Origin: Cyanophora paradoxa CCMP329 | Taxonomy: Eukaryota; Plantae; Glaucophyta | DNA length: 64,000 nt | Direction: 5' to 3' | Assembly (NCBI GenBank): GCA_004431415.1 | Contig: QPMI01000183.1 | Coordinates: forward strand, 62,001 to 126,000 | Part shown: piece after piece, positions 11,843 through 22,982 of the stretch | Layout: each line of letters begins with the position of its first letter | Numbering within the stretch: position 1 is the first letter of the stretch | Program-made: the position numbers and the translations under genes | The notes under the pieces: model-generated | The model's database searches: none | What the model was told of the DNA's origin: nothing | What the model saw: the letters and a program-made list of their open reading frames with translations, nothing else

Positions 11843-13550
11843 ATGGCCGACGAGGCCGAACAGAAGTACAAGGTGCGGTGCCGCCCGCTGCGTTGTGCCT
11901 GCTCCAGCGCTGCCCCTCGGCCCCGGCCGCCGAGCGCTCGGTCATTTCGAAGTTCGAGAACTGTCAGCTGTGCCACCGCCGCGAGGCGCTCCTCTGCCGT
12001 AGTTCGAGAACTGTCAGCTGTGACACCGCCGCGAGGCGCTCCTCTGCCGTCGCGCGACTGCGAGCACCTGATGCGCCGCGCGCACAGGCGTACGATTTCG
12101 ATGGCGATGAGAAGTGGAAGGCGTACCGAATGAACTTGGAGATCCCACCGGGGCGCGACGAGGCCGCCGCGGTGGAGAAGATGCGGCGGAAGTGGTTCGC
12201 GAAGCACGTAGACAGCAATCTGCCTCCGGCTGCGCCATCTGGCTCTACGGCCTCCGCGTCGAGCTCGTCCGGCGCGAAGGACAGCAGCGCGAGGGCCTCG
12301 CAGAGCACCGGCGGCAGCGGCGCGAGCAGCGGCGGCGCGAGCAGCAGCGGCGGCGGCAGCGGTGCCGCCTCTTCCGCGCGCCCGTCGACGTCGACGGGCG
12401 CGGCCGCCAGCATCGGGTCGCCCGGCGTGTTCTTCGTGCGCCTGCTCTCGAGCGATCCGGCCTGGGCCTCCGCGTGACGGCGCGGCGCGCAGGGGCTCAA
12501 CGCGCTCGTGCTCTTCTTCTCCGTCAACTACGTGGTGCCGTTGAGGGGCGGCTACGCGCAAAGCAGCTACCAGCGCGCCCTCTTCGCCGCCATGGCCTCC
12601 TACGTCCTCACCCTCGTCCAGAAGTTCGGGGTGCGCCGCGCCCACTCCCAGCGCGCGCGCGGACGCCCTGGCTGACTGCCCGGCTGCAGCTGCCGAACGT
12701 GCGGGACTTCATGAAGCTGTTCGACCCGCTGGCGATGCGGCGCGTCATGAGCGACTCGAACGCGCAGTACATCTTCATGTGCTCCGTCTTCCTCTCCTCC
12801 CGCCCCTCCTTCGGTGCCCCGCCCCCGCCTTCCACCCAGCGGGCCCCCCGAGCCTCACCCCCCGCCCCGCAGTGCTGCTGATTCCGGTCGCGGTGTCGGC
12901 GCTCTACCAGTGCTGCTTCTTCCTCAACGAGAACCTGCGGGCGGGGCGGCCGGCGCTCTGGGCCCTCGTCTCCAGACCAGTCACCTTCCTGCTGACCCGG
13001 CAGATTTCCGCCCTCCAGTACATCGGTGCGCGCCGGGTGCCGCGCAGGCCGGGCTGCGGCGCCTCACGCGGGGGCGCCGGGCAGCGACGCTGGAAGTCAC
13101 GATCGGCGTCCTCAAGATCCTCGAGCTCTTCACCCCCGCCCGGTGCCCCCTTCCCCTCGCCCCCGCCGCCCCGCCGCCCCGGCGCCCCGCCCTCACAGCG
13201 GCGCCCCCGCCCTCCCCGCAGGAGCTTCCTGGCGTTCCTCATGTACTGGCAGTTCCTCATGCTGCGGTGCGGCCCACGCGCCGCGCCGCCCTCTCTGCAC
13301 GTCTCGCCGAGGGGCGGGGCCGGGGCAGGTACGCGACGAGCGGGCACACGCGGGGGGCGCTCGTCTCCTTCGGCGCCAAGCTCGACGCCTTCTCGGCCCG
13401 CCTCCCCGGCCCCCTCCAGGTCCGCCCCACGCGCCCGCCCCGCCCCGGCCCCGCCCGACGCCGCCCCCCGCGCAGCTCGTCTACCGCAAGGCCCGCGGCC
13501 TCCTCGTCGCCCTCTTCAACCCCGCCCCGCGCCCCGCCCGCGCCCAGTGA
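11843..13550 (+). CDS. TMEM33: TMEM33/Pom33 (UPF0121) membrane protein
   Basis: YDFDGDEKWKAYRMNLEIPP..MRRKWF N-terminal domain, SDSNAQYIFMC, FLMYWQFLMLRYATSGHTR; TGA at 13548-13550. Confidence 0.8.
11951..12050 (+). repeat. 50-bp tandem duplication in TMEM33 intron 1
   Basis: AGTTCGAGAACTGTCAGCTGTG(C/A)CACCGCCGCGAGGCGCTCCTCTGCCGT twice, one mismatch. Confidence 0.95.
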
Positions 13551-13597
13551 CGCCGCCATTCCCACCCTGCGCTCTTCGCTGTCGGCCGAGCGTCCGC

Positions 13598-13696
13598 GGG
13601 GGGAGGGGGAGAAAGAATGGGGGGTAGGGGGAGGGAGGGAGAGGGGAGGAGGGAGGGAGGGGGGAGGGGCGGGTGGGAAGCGAGGGGAAGGGAGGA
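13598..13696 (+). repeat. Purine-rich GGGA-like tract downstream of TMEM33
   Basis: About 100 nt of almost only G/A; G-quadruplex/triplex potential. Confidence 0.7.
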
Positions 13697-15681
13697 CGAA
13701 ACTGGTGGATTTGGGGCCCGGGGTACTCGGGCTCGCCGATTTAATGACGTCTGGCAAGGCGGGGGTGGTTTGCGAGCGTTCCAGCCGCTGATCATGAGCT
13801 TCGAATTGGAGCCTCGCGATCGGGCCTCACGATCAGGCCGGCACATGCAGCTGGCCATGGCAGGAGTAGAGAAGTGTCGGTCTTCTGAATGCTCCAGTGC
13901 TCCCGCGGCCGAGGCCCCGGGCCCGGGCTCACCTTAGGGCCCGGCCCAGCGGCTGGGCTCCGAGGCTCCTTAAGCTTACTAGTTAGACTAATCATTGGGG
14001 AAGGACCCCCTTCCCCTTCCCCCACTTGGGGGTGTTCGGGTGCCCACCCTAGGCCAAAATTTAAATGAAATGTCCCGACCTCCCAAAACCCGGGATTTCT
14101 CGCCGCATCCTAGCAAGGCATGTCTCTAGGAGTCCGGAAACGTGTACCTGGAGATCCGGGTCCCGTCGGGTCGACCAGGAATGGGCAATAACACGTTTTC
14201 AAAAACTGCTACCTAGCGCCTCACCAAGTGGCGGTATATCTGCCGGATCGAGTGCGCCTGAATGCGCCTGATACGCCCGACGATTCATGTCATACATGCC
14301 GAGACCGGAGGGGCACAGGGTGGTCCGCTAGGCCGCCTCAAGTACCTGTTGTACCGGACGCCGGAAAAAAGAGCTCCTGCGAGTCGGGAGCCGATTGCTG
14401 GGTACGCAGTACTACGTTCTTGCCATGGCGCGCCGAGGCGGACGAGGGCGCGGTGCGGACCTGCCGCCTGACATATCCGAAAGCGAAGTTCAGCTCTGCT
14501 CGACGCCGTATCGGCTTGCCGGACTTCCGCGTGTGGCGTCCGTCGACATCGCGCCGACCACGGCGAGTGCGCGCCGAGGTTCTGCTCTGCTGCATGGATC
14601 GCTCGCCCGGGCCGGGCCGCTCGAGCCTCACTCGTGCGCTCGCTCGTGCGCTCGCCGGCGCCGCGTGTGGCGCTGCCGTCGGCGCTGCCACGCTCCACGC
14701 TCCACCGATTCCGGCCGCACCAGGTACGAACTCGACCACCGCCGCGCCGCCCTATATAGCTAGGCCTCTCACTTCCCGCGAGACGCAGCAGCGAGCGTCG
14801 CAGCTGGGCATCAACATGTACATCGCATCTGCAGCTGTTTCATCGGTGCGCATGCTGCCCAGCTGTGCTCGTCGCTCCCTCTACCGCGGGGGAAGGGTCC
14901 GGTTGCATGACTCATGCTTGCCACCCTCAGTCTTGCATTTGCAACCGCATGCAATCGACCGGGTTGAGCCGCTAGCAAGCATCACATCACCTCCAAGACC
15001 TCGGCCTCCGCCTCCGCTGACGGCGCGCCCGTCCGCCTTGCTGCGCTCCTCGTACGCGTCCGCGCTCAGCGGCTAGTACGCCAAGCGCCTGCCGCTGCGC
15101 CGGCGCCTAGCCTCCGCCCGCGCCGACGCCGGCCAACGCCGGCGCGGCGGCGCGGCCGCCGGGCTCCTCCCGCTCCTCGGGGGCGGAGGCGCAGCGGGCG
15201 GCGGCGCGGCTCGCGGGGCGGGGCGGAGGCGCGGCGGGCGGCGGCGCGGGTCGCCGGGCGGGGCGGAGGCACGGCGGGCGGCGGAGCAGCTCGCCGGGCG
15301 GGGCGGGAGGCGCTGTGGGCGGCGGAGCGGCTATCCGGGCGCGGCGGATTCGCGGCGGGCGGCGGCGCGTCTCGACGGGCAGGGCGGAGGGCGGAGGCGC
15401 AGGGCGGGGTGCCGCGGCGGAGGCGCTGCGGGCGGCGGCGCTTCTCAAGATCTAGTCCTCCGCTGAGCTAGATCTCGTCCTCGAGCTCCCCCACTTCTGA
15501 AAAGCACCGGCTCACTATCTATCTCCACACTAGTCCACACTATCTCGGCTCCAAGCTAACGTGACCAGCTGCAGGAGTGAACTTTCCTGCTCAACCTTTT
15601 AGAGGTCCTTCCCCTCCAACAGGGGCAGTGCAACTGCAGTGTCCCTGTTCCGTTCATAGTAATCCTTGAATACTAACCCGG

Positions 15682-15912
15682 TACTGTAGTAGTACCGTCG
15701 ACGTCACACGGGCCGTCAAGGCGTGGTACTTTCGTAAGAATTCGGCCTTCGAATTCGGGGGCCTTCGAGTCACTGAGTCGCTCATGAAATATTAATGCCA
15801 GTCACTAACTTTAGTAAGATATCGATGGCATGATTGTGAGGGACCAATGAGCGCATTCTATACCCCCCAGGATTGTTCAATTCCGAAGGGGTGGGTTATC
15901 AGTAGTGATGGC
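15682..15912 (+). repeat. Left terminal inverted repeat
   Basis: Anchors ACTGTAG, CGTRGTACT, TTCGAATTC, AGGGAC, AGCGCATTCTA, ATTGTTCAATT and TGATGGC occur in the same order in the reverse complement of 20881-21061. Confidence 0.7.
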
Positions 15913-16566
15913 GCGGTGCAGGGCGTGCGGGGAGCATCGCGCCCGCGCACAGAATTGGCCCACTGGGCGTAGAGTGCAGTTCATCGGCCGGTGTCCCGCT
16001 CCGCCTGGGTCGCGGTCAGTGACAGTACCATCGTCGCTTAGAGGCGCACAGCCGGGGCGACAGCAGCACCGAAGATAGAGGCGCAGCGGTTAGAAGTTGT
16101 TCGCACTGGCTCCGGCCCGCCCGCGCACCCGCACACCAGGCGCATCCGTGGCCGCGAGGTGACGGTCGGGCGTTCGATAAGCTCTTTGCAGCTATTAGAA
16201 GCAAGTTTCAGCCGATATGCGCACTCGGCGCGCTCGCCGAAGCACAGGAGCGGGATTTGGGCGGCCACAACAGCGCAGGGGTACGGGGTACCGGAGTCGT
16301 GCGGCCGAACAAGCGTGCGGCCGAGCTTCCGGAGTCGTCATATAGCTATGGCTAGCGGCCAGTGCACTAGCTCTATGGCCGTCCTCCACCGGCGCGAAAG
16401 CTGCGCCTGCCGCAGTACAGCACCGCCGACCGTCGGACGACTTCAACCTGCGCTCGCGAGAGGACCACCAGATCGCACGCGCGTAGTGCGCTCCGCCGCC
16501 GCCGCCGCGTAGTGCCACGCTTGCCGCCGCCGCAGCGTCGTCGCCGCGCGGGACCTCGTTCCATTG

Positions 16567-17952
16567 AGCGAGAGCGTTTGGGTGTTCCCCCATCTGTGGA
16601 CACCGTCGGTGCGCTCGGTGCGCATGGCGATGGCGCGCTCGCCGCCGCCGCCGCCTCCGGCTCGGCGTGCGGCGCGCTTGGCCCCGCACCGCAAATTCTC
16701 GACGCGCGCTCGCAGGGCCTGGGGACGGCGCTGCTCTACCAGATAGGCGTGATTGACGAGCCCCTCCCCCCCGTGCGCCGATCGCCGGCCGGCCCGCCCC
16801 CGCCTCCGCCTCGCCGACGCCGGCGCAGGAGGAGGCGCCGGGCTTCGTGCTGAAGAACCTCTTCCGCATCGCCTTCCAGTGCGTCCTCGCCGCCTCCTCC
16901 ACGCAGCACTACAAGCGCGCCCGCCCCGCCCCGCCCCGCCCCGCCGGCCCGGGGCGGCGCCTGACGAGGCGGCAGCTTCCTGATGTCGGACGTGGCGACG
17001 TGCCTGGAGTACGCCGGCGAGCACAGGGAGCCCCACCTCGCCTGCAAGGCGCCCCGCCCCGGCCCCGGCCCCGGCCCCGGCCCCGGCCCTCGCCTGACGC
17101 GCCCCGGGCCCCCCGCCTCAGATCTTCGTGGACGTCGGCGCGGGGTGCGGGGCCCGGGCCCTGCGCGGGGCGAGCCGGGCGGTGCGGGTGACGGGGGCGC
17201 AGGCGGGCGTTCACGGTGGCGCACCTGCTGCGGGCCGCCCCCAGGGAGGAGCCCCTCCTGCGGGCGAGAGCGTCTGGGTGTTCCCACATCTGTGGACATG
17301 GCGGAACAGGCAAGAGGCCGAGAAGCACATCCGCGCCGAGCCCGACCTCGCGACGGTGCGCTCGCCGCCGCCGCCTCCGGCTCGGCGTGCGGCGCGCTTG
17401 GCCCCGCACCGCAAATTCTCGACGCGCGCTCGCAGGGCCTGGGGACGGCGCTGCTCTCCTCCACGCAGCACTACAAGCGCGCCCGCCCCGCCCCGCCCCG
17501 CCCCGCCCCGGGGCCGACCGGGGCCGCGGGCAGGCGCGCTGGGCGGCTCGTTTGACGGGGGCGCAGGCGGGCGTTCACGGTGGCGCACCCCTCCTGCGGG
17601 GCGAGCTCACCCCGATGCCCGACTTCCCCCAGGGCCCGCCCCCGCGCCCCGCCCCGGCCCCGCCCCGCCGCCTTGACGCGGCGCCGCAGACGAGTGCCGG
17701 ACTGGGAGGGGCACTACCGGAGCACGGCAACGCCGTTCGACTGGTACTGCATTGGCCCGCCCTTCCTCGCCGCGCGGGCCGCTTCCCCGGGCTCCCCCGA
17801 GGCCGCCGTCCAGGCCGAGCACGGTACCCCCCCCCCCACCCCCTCGCCCGCGTGTGGGGCGGTGGGGGCGACGGGGCGGCAGACTTTCTGGTGGCAGACG
17901 GGCGGTGCCTGCCGTACCGCTCCCGCTCCTCCCACTGCGTCTTTGACAAGGG
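16567..17952 (+). pseudogene. Duplicated, internally deleted, intron-containing gene fragments; 3' part resembles an EEF1AKMT4/METTL13-type SAM methyltransferase
   Basis: 16567-16737 is repeated at about 17263-17458; DWEGHYRSTATPFDWY and FLVADGRCLPYRSRSSHCVFDKG resemble the family YWxxRY..FDWY and D..DKG motifs, but motif I is absent. Confidence 0.5.
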
Positions 17953-18149
17953 CCCGCCCCGCCCCCCGCCCCCCGCCCCGCCCCGGGCGAGCGGCGCCGG
18001 CTGAGGCTGCAAGGCGGGGCGGGCGCAGGGATCTTCTACAAGCAGGGCGGAAGGCGGGCAGCGGACGGCAGACGGCGCAGCGGGCGGGCGGCGCGGCGTG
18101 CGGCGCGGTGGGCGAGCGGCGCGGCGGGCGGCGCAGCGGCACGCCCCGC

Positions 18150-18750
18150 GGCCCCGCGCCTGCATCGAAGCACTGGGAAACAGCATGTATTATACAGGGA
18201 TCCAGAATCTATAAGATGAGCTGGGGGCGCCGGGTGCTGGGCACGAGGCCGGCCCCGAGGAGTGCAGGGGGGCACATGAGGGGATGGGCCCTCGGAACCG
18301 CACCCGTTCTCCCCGGGGCGGGCCCCGCGCCTGCATCGAAGCACTGGGAAACAGCATGTATTATACAGGGATCCAGAATCTATAAGATGAGCTGGGGGCG
18401 CCGGGTGCTGGGCACGAGGCCGGCCTCGAGGAGTGCGGGGGGCACATGAGGGGATGGGCCCTCGGAACCGCACCCGTTCTCCCCGGGGCGGGCCCCGCGC
18501 CTGCATCGAAGCACTGGGAAACAGCATGTATTATACAGGGATCCAGAATCTATAAGATGAGCTGGGGGCGCCGGGTGCTGGGCACGAGGCCGGCCTCGAG
18601 GAGTGCGGGGGGCACATGAGGGGATGGGCCCTCGGAACCGCACCCGTTCTCCCCGGGGCGGGCCCCGCGCCTTCATCGGAGCACTGAAAAACAACACCTT
18701 TTAAACAGGGATTCAGAATCTATAAGATGACTCGGGGGCCCCGGGCGCTA
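18150..18750 (+). repeat. ~170-bp tandem repeat, three near-identical copies plus a diverged partial fourth
   Basis: GCCCCGCGCCTGCATCG..GGGATCCAGAATCTATAAGATGA.. units start at 18151, 18322, 18492 and 18662. Confidence 0.97.
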
Positions 18751-19228
18751 GGCCCGGGGAGGGGGATGGCCAGAGGGAGACCAGGGCACCATGTGCCATT
18801 AACAGTATTTTCGTTTTGAAATGAATATCTCTTGATGGAGAGGAGGTATATTAGATCGGAGGGCATCATGAGAACGGCGATAAAAAGGGCTTTCAGGATA
18901 TATCCGAAGGTCGGGGCTCGCAAATTAACCTATCCTGTAAGAAGCCCCCGAAACGTCGGATGAGGTGTCAAACTTGGGAACTGTACCTCACCCCAACTCC
19001 GTCATCATGAAAACTGACCTCGGAGGGTGAATCATTGAATCCATAACCACTTACTAAGTTAATGACAGCATGTATATTGCATACTATGATATTACCACTG
19101 GGCCACTCAAGAAGCCTCATATATCACTCATGATCATGCACTGGGCATCCGATGATCGCTTCAAAGGCTTGCAGCTTAGAATAAGTGCCGCCGCGGCACT
19201 GCTGCGCGCCTCTATAGACGATCTTGTT

Positions 19229-19507
19229 AGCGCCGCGGCGGTACATGAAAGCGCCGCGGCGGTACATGAAAGCGCCGCGGCGGTACATGAAAGCGCCGCG
19301 GCGGTACATGGAAAGCGCCGCGGCGGTACATGAAGGCGCCGCGGCGGTACATGAAGGCGCCGCGGCGGTACTGCTAGGCGTCGCGGCGGTACATATGCAT
19401 GAAGGCGCCGCGGCGGTACTTCTAGGCGCCGCGGCGGTGCATGTAGGCGCCGCGGCGGTACATGAAAGTGCCGCATGTGGCGGTACAGGAAGGCACCGCG
19501 GCGGTTC
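19229..19507 (+). repeat. 21-bp minisatellite (AGCGCCGCGGCGGTACATGAA), ~13 copies degenerating rightwards
   Basis: Units at 19229, 19250, 19271, 19292 and onward; 13 GGCGGT cores counted by eye. Confidence 0.95.
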
Positions 19508-20040
19508 TATTTTATTGTACCGCGCAGCGCATATAGGAACCGCCGCGGCCCCTGTAAGTACCGCAGCGTCTCTAATTTACCTAGGCACCGCGCGCGGCCG
19601 TGGTCTGGCGGCACGGGCAAGGATCGCGTCGTCCCGCGCGCAGCGGCGCAGGATCTCCGCCGCGAGCACCGCCCCCGCCCCGATGGCTCCCTCCTCCGCC
19701 CCCTCGCCGCCCTCCGCGGCCGCACGCGGCGGCTGAGGCGAGGGCGCAGAGGAGGCGCCCACAGTATACCGCGGCGTCTCCAGTATACTAGCAGACCGCG
19801 CCCGGCCGCGCCCGGCCCTGTGCAATTGCAAGTGCGGCAAGTGCGGGCCGCGCGCGGAGATGCAAGGGGGGGGGTACTTGTACACATTGCAGGGAGGGGG
19901 ATCCCGGAGGGGGATCCGGAGGAGGGGGGAGGGGAGGGGGGGGGAGGGGGGAGGGAGGGGGGAGGCGGGCGGCGGCACCAGGCTGGCGGGCAGCCGGCAG
20001 GGCGGCGGGCGGAGATGCGGGGGGAGAGGAAGGTGGCGCC

Positions 20041-20342
20041 GGGCCCTCTGCATAGCCTGCGCATGCAGAAGCCGAGGCGTCAGCTCGCCCCGGACAGCGG
20101 CCGTGCAGGGGCGGGGCACAGCGGGGGCGGCCGGGCCAGGTGCCCAGCAGCAGCGGCGGGGCGAACCTGGAGCAGACGAAGCTGAGGCAGACGGTGGGGC
20201 GGCGGGCGGGGATGCGGGCGGAGCGGCAGGCGACGCCGGGCCCTGCGCATAGCCTGCGCAGGGCCGAGCCTCGGAGGCGTCAGCTCGCCCCGGACAGCGG
20301 CCGTGCAGGGGCGGGGCCCAGCGGGCCCGGGGGCCAGGTGCC
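20041..20342 (+). repeat. Imperfect ~105-bp direct repeat (20041-20144 and 20238-20342)
   Basis: Shared GCATAGCCTGCGCA and GAGGCGTCAGCTCGCCCCGGACAGCGGCCGTGCAGGGGCGGGGC. Confidence 0.9.
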
Positions 20343-20880
20343 AGGTGCGGCAGGCCTAGGGGCCAGGTGCGCAGCACTGCGCGGCAGGGCCAGGTGCGCA
20401 GCACCGCGCGGCGAAGCCGATCTCACATTCCTGTGCGAAGCACGTTAGGACTCCGGGACGTCGACTGCCGCAGCGTCCAGAGCACGCCGCTCGGCAGGCG
20501 GGCCGCGCGGGCGCGCTCAGCGGCTGTTTCGAAGGATCCAGACAAGATCGAAAACGCCGCAGCACGCGCGCACGTGCACCGCAGCCGTACGTCGGCGCCT
20601 GCGGTTTTCGCCGCAGCCGTTAAAAGCGCGGGAACGCCGCGCGAGCAAGGACTCACCGGATCTGTTCGCGCCGCGGCCGACCGCTTCGGAGGGATCTGGC
20701 ACGCTGCAGCGCACCGCCTGCGCCCGCTTCGCGGCCGCGGGTTGCTCCGCGGCCGGCTCGCGGCGGCCGGCACCGCCAACGAGCGCTGCGAAGGCGCCGT
20801 CGGCTTCTGCCACGGTCTTCAGAGTCACTGTCTCAAATTTTGGGTCAGTGGCGCGCGCCCCGCCGGGGCCCGTGTCGTCC

Positions 20881-21061
20881 GCCATCAGTTACTGAACTTT
20901 GGTGCAAGAAATTGAACAATTGCCAAGGGGGTAGAATGCGCTGGTCAGTCCCTGATACATGATCATGGTGCACACTGTGACCATGAATTCGAAACTTTGA
21001 AATTAAAGCCAGTACTACGGTAACTGATCATGATCATTAATTACACGGCGTTTCTACAGTG
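20881..21061 (-). repeat. Right terminal inverted repeat
   Basis: Reverse complement begins CACTGTAGAAACGCCGT and shares the anchors listed for the left TIR. Confidence 0.7.
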
Positions 21062-21210
21062 CAGTGCCTGAGTTCTGTGTCGCGCAACGTCTCGTGATCA
21101 CTGACTATGAATCAGTCCGATGGTCCCCCTCAGGTCCTCGATTCTGATCATGATCATGGGCTACAGGGCCAGCCAAGGTCGAGGGGCCGCGTGGGCGGCC
21201 CGGGCGCGAG

Positions 21211-22770
21211 CTAGCCGTGCTGGATGAGGTAGAGGGTGCCGATGTCGGTGAGGCCGGCCACCGCGTCGCTCGCGGCGTGCAGCGCCAGGCCCACCCACCG
21301 CCCGTCCGCCCGGAACGAGTACCGCTTCCCCGCCTCCTCCGCCGCCACCGCCGCCGCACGCTCCGGCCTCCCCTGCAGCGTCAGCCCCGCGCACGCGAAC
21401 TGCGGGGGATGACGATCACGAGTCGGGGCGGAGGGGGCCGGGGGTGCACGGGGGCGCGCCTCGTTGTCGAGGGCGCCCACGTAGACGGTGTTGGGCCGCC
21501 TCCGCGAAAACGCCAGCCACGTCGCCTGCGGGGGTCCGCGCCCTCGCCCGCCAGGGGGAGGCGGGCACAGCGCGGCAGAGGCGCGCCTCGAACTTGAGGG
21601 CGCCGGGCCAGCGGGCGACGGGCGTCCACTTGCGCGCGTCGTACACGTGCACGCTCCGGTCGGCGCCCTACGCGGGAGGGGGCGTGAGGCTGGGGCCGGG
21701 GCGGGGCGGGGCGGGGCGCGGGGGCGGGGGCGGACGGCGCAGGCGACGAGGCCGGTGCCCGAGGAGGCGACGCAGAGCTGCGCCTCCAGCGACGGCTGCG
21801 CAGCGGGGCAGCTCACGCCCGGGCCGGCGGGGCGGGGCAGGGCGCACGGTGACGCGCTCGACGCAGGCGCGCTTCTCGCGGAGGTCCCACACGGAGAGCT
21901 GCGGGGGAGGGGCGGCGGCTCAGGGCGCGGCACTCGGGGGCGGGGCGGGGCGAGGAGGGGGCCCCGGGGCGCCTGGTTGAGCTCGGTCAGGGCGAGGACG
22001 TGCTCGTCCACGTAGACCGCCCCCGTCGGGTGCTGCGCCGCATGCAGCTCCCGCACCGCACGCTCCCCGTCGTACACCACCACCGCCTGCCCAGGCCTCA
22101 GCGCCGGCGCGTGGGGGGGGGGGGGGGGGGGGGAGCCTGGTGTCGACCTTGGGGAAGAAGCGCGCGACGGCGCACTCGGCGGGCTTGCGCGGGTTGAAGG
22201 CAATGCCCGCCCACCCGGGCTCCGCGGGGCCCGCCGCCTGCGGCCGCAGGACGCTGCAGCGGCCCTCCGCCGTCGGCGCCGCGCCCGCCTCCAGGCGCGT
22301 GATGCAGGCCACGCCGCTCGCGTCCACCGACCCCAGCCGCGCCGCCTCTGCGCCGGAGTTCGCTCTCGCCCGAGAACGGAGAGCAGCGCGGGGCGGGAGC
22401 GCACGGGAGCTGCCGTCCTCGGGCGGCTCGCACTGGAGCGACATGATCTCCGCGCGGTGCGGCAGGCCCTGCAGCTCCTCGTCCCGCACCACTCGCAGCC
22501 GGTTCGGCAACGGCGCGTTCCCTTCCTTCGCCGTCTCGTACGTGCACTCGCCCTCCGGCGGGTATCCCGGCTGCGAGCCCCCCGAAGTCAACGCCAAGCC
22601 TGCGGCCGCGTCGAAGGCGGGGCGCGCACCGAGCAAACGTGCACGCGCGAGCCGGACGCGACGTACAACCGGTCGCAGTCCTGCATAGCTATCTGCTGCC
22701 CGTTTATCGCTCCCGCTGACGGCGTGCCGAGGAACGCCAGCGGCTCGCGCCAGATCCGCAGACCGTTCAT
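21211..22770 (-). CDS. WD40/beta-propeller protein, multi-exon
   Basis: EPGWAGIAF, LSVWDLR, GADRSVHVYDARKWTPVARWPGALKFE, YSFRADGRWVGL; TAG at 21211-21213. Confidence 0.75.
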
Positions 22771-22982
22771 CGCGAACGCGTGCCCGACGCTATGACGACA
22801 GCAAGCTCGTCGAGCTCGGTGGGGGTCGCGGTGGAGGTACGAGTCCTTCTCTCTGTGTGGGTGCGCGCTAGGAGCTGGGAGACGCTTGCCGCGGGCAATT
22901 CAACCTCTCGGAGGCTCCTGCGGGCGCCGTAGCTAGCGCTTGAGCTTGAGCTGATTGGGGGTACAGTGTTGAGTCGAGGTCG

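Larger units (their letters stand above)
15682..21061. mobile_element. Probable non-autonomous CACTA/CACTG (CMC-EnSpm-like) DNA transposon carrying host-gene fragments
   Basis: Ends TACTGTAG... (15682) and ...CTACAGTG (21061); diverged inverted repeats with colinear anchors; flanks CGG/CAG as possible 3-bp TSD; no transposase ORF recognised. Confidence 0.6.

Noticed and set aside
15450-15657. In-frame TAG codons suggesting stop-codon reassignment
   Set aside because: Hyccin, LIG3, NDUFA5, RanBP1, CCT6 and IFT38 all end at TAG at the expected position, so the code is standard.
18150-19507. Possible CRISPR arrays
   Set aside because: Units are contiguous tandem copies without unique spacers, there are no cas genes, and the context is eukaryotic.
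22792-22970. Alternative helicase start at ATG 22792
   Set aside because: It lies only 21 nt from the opposite-strand WD40 ATG and I found no convincing in-frame splice path; ATG 22983 fits better.
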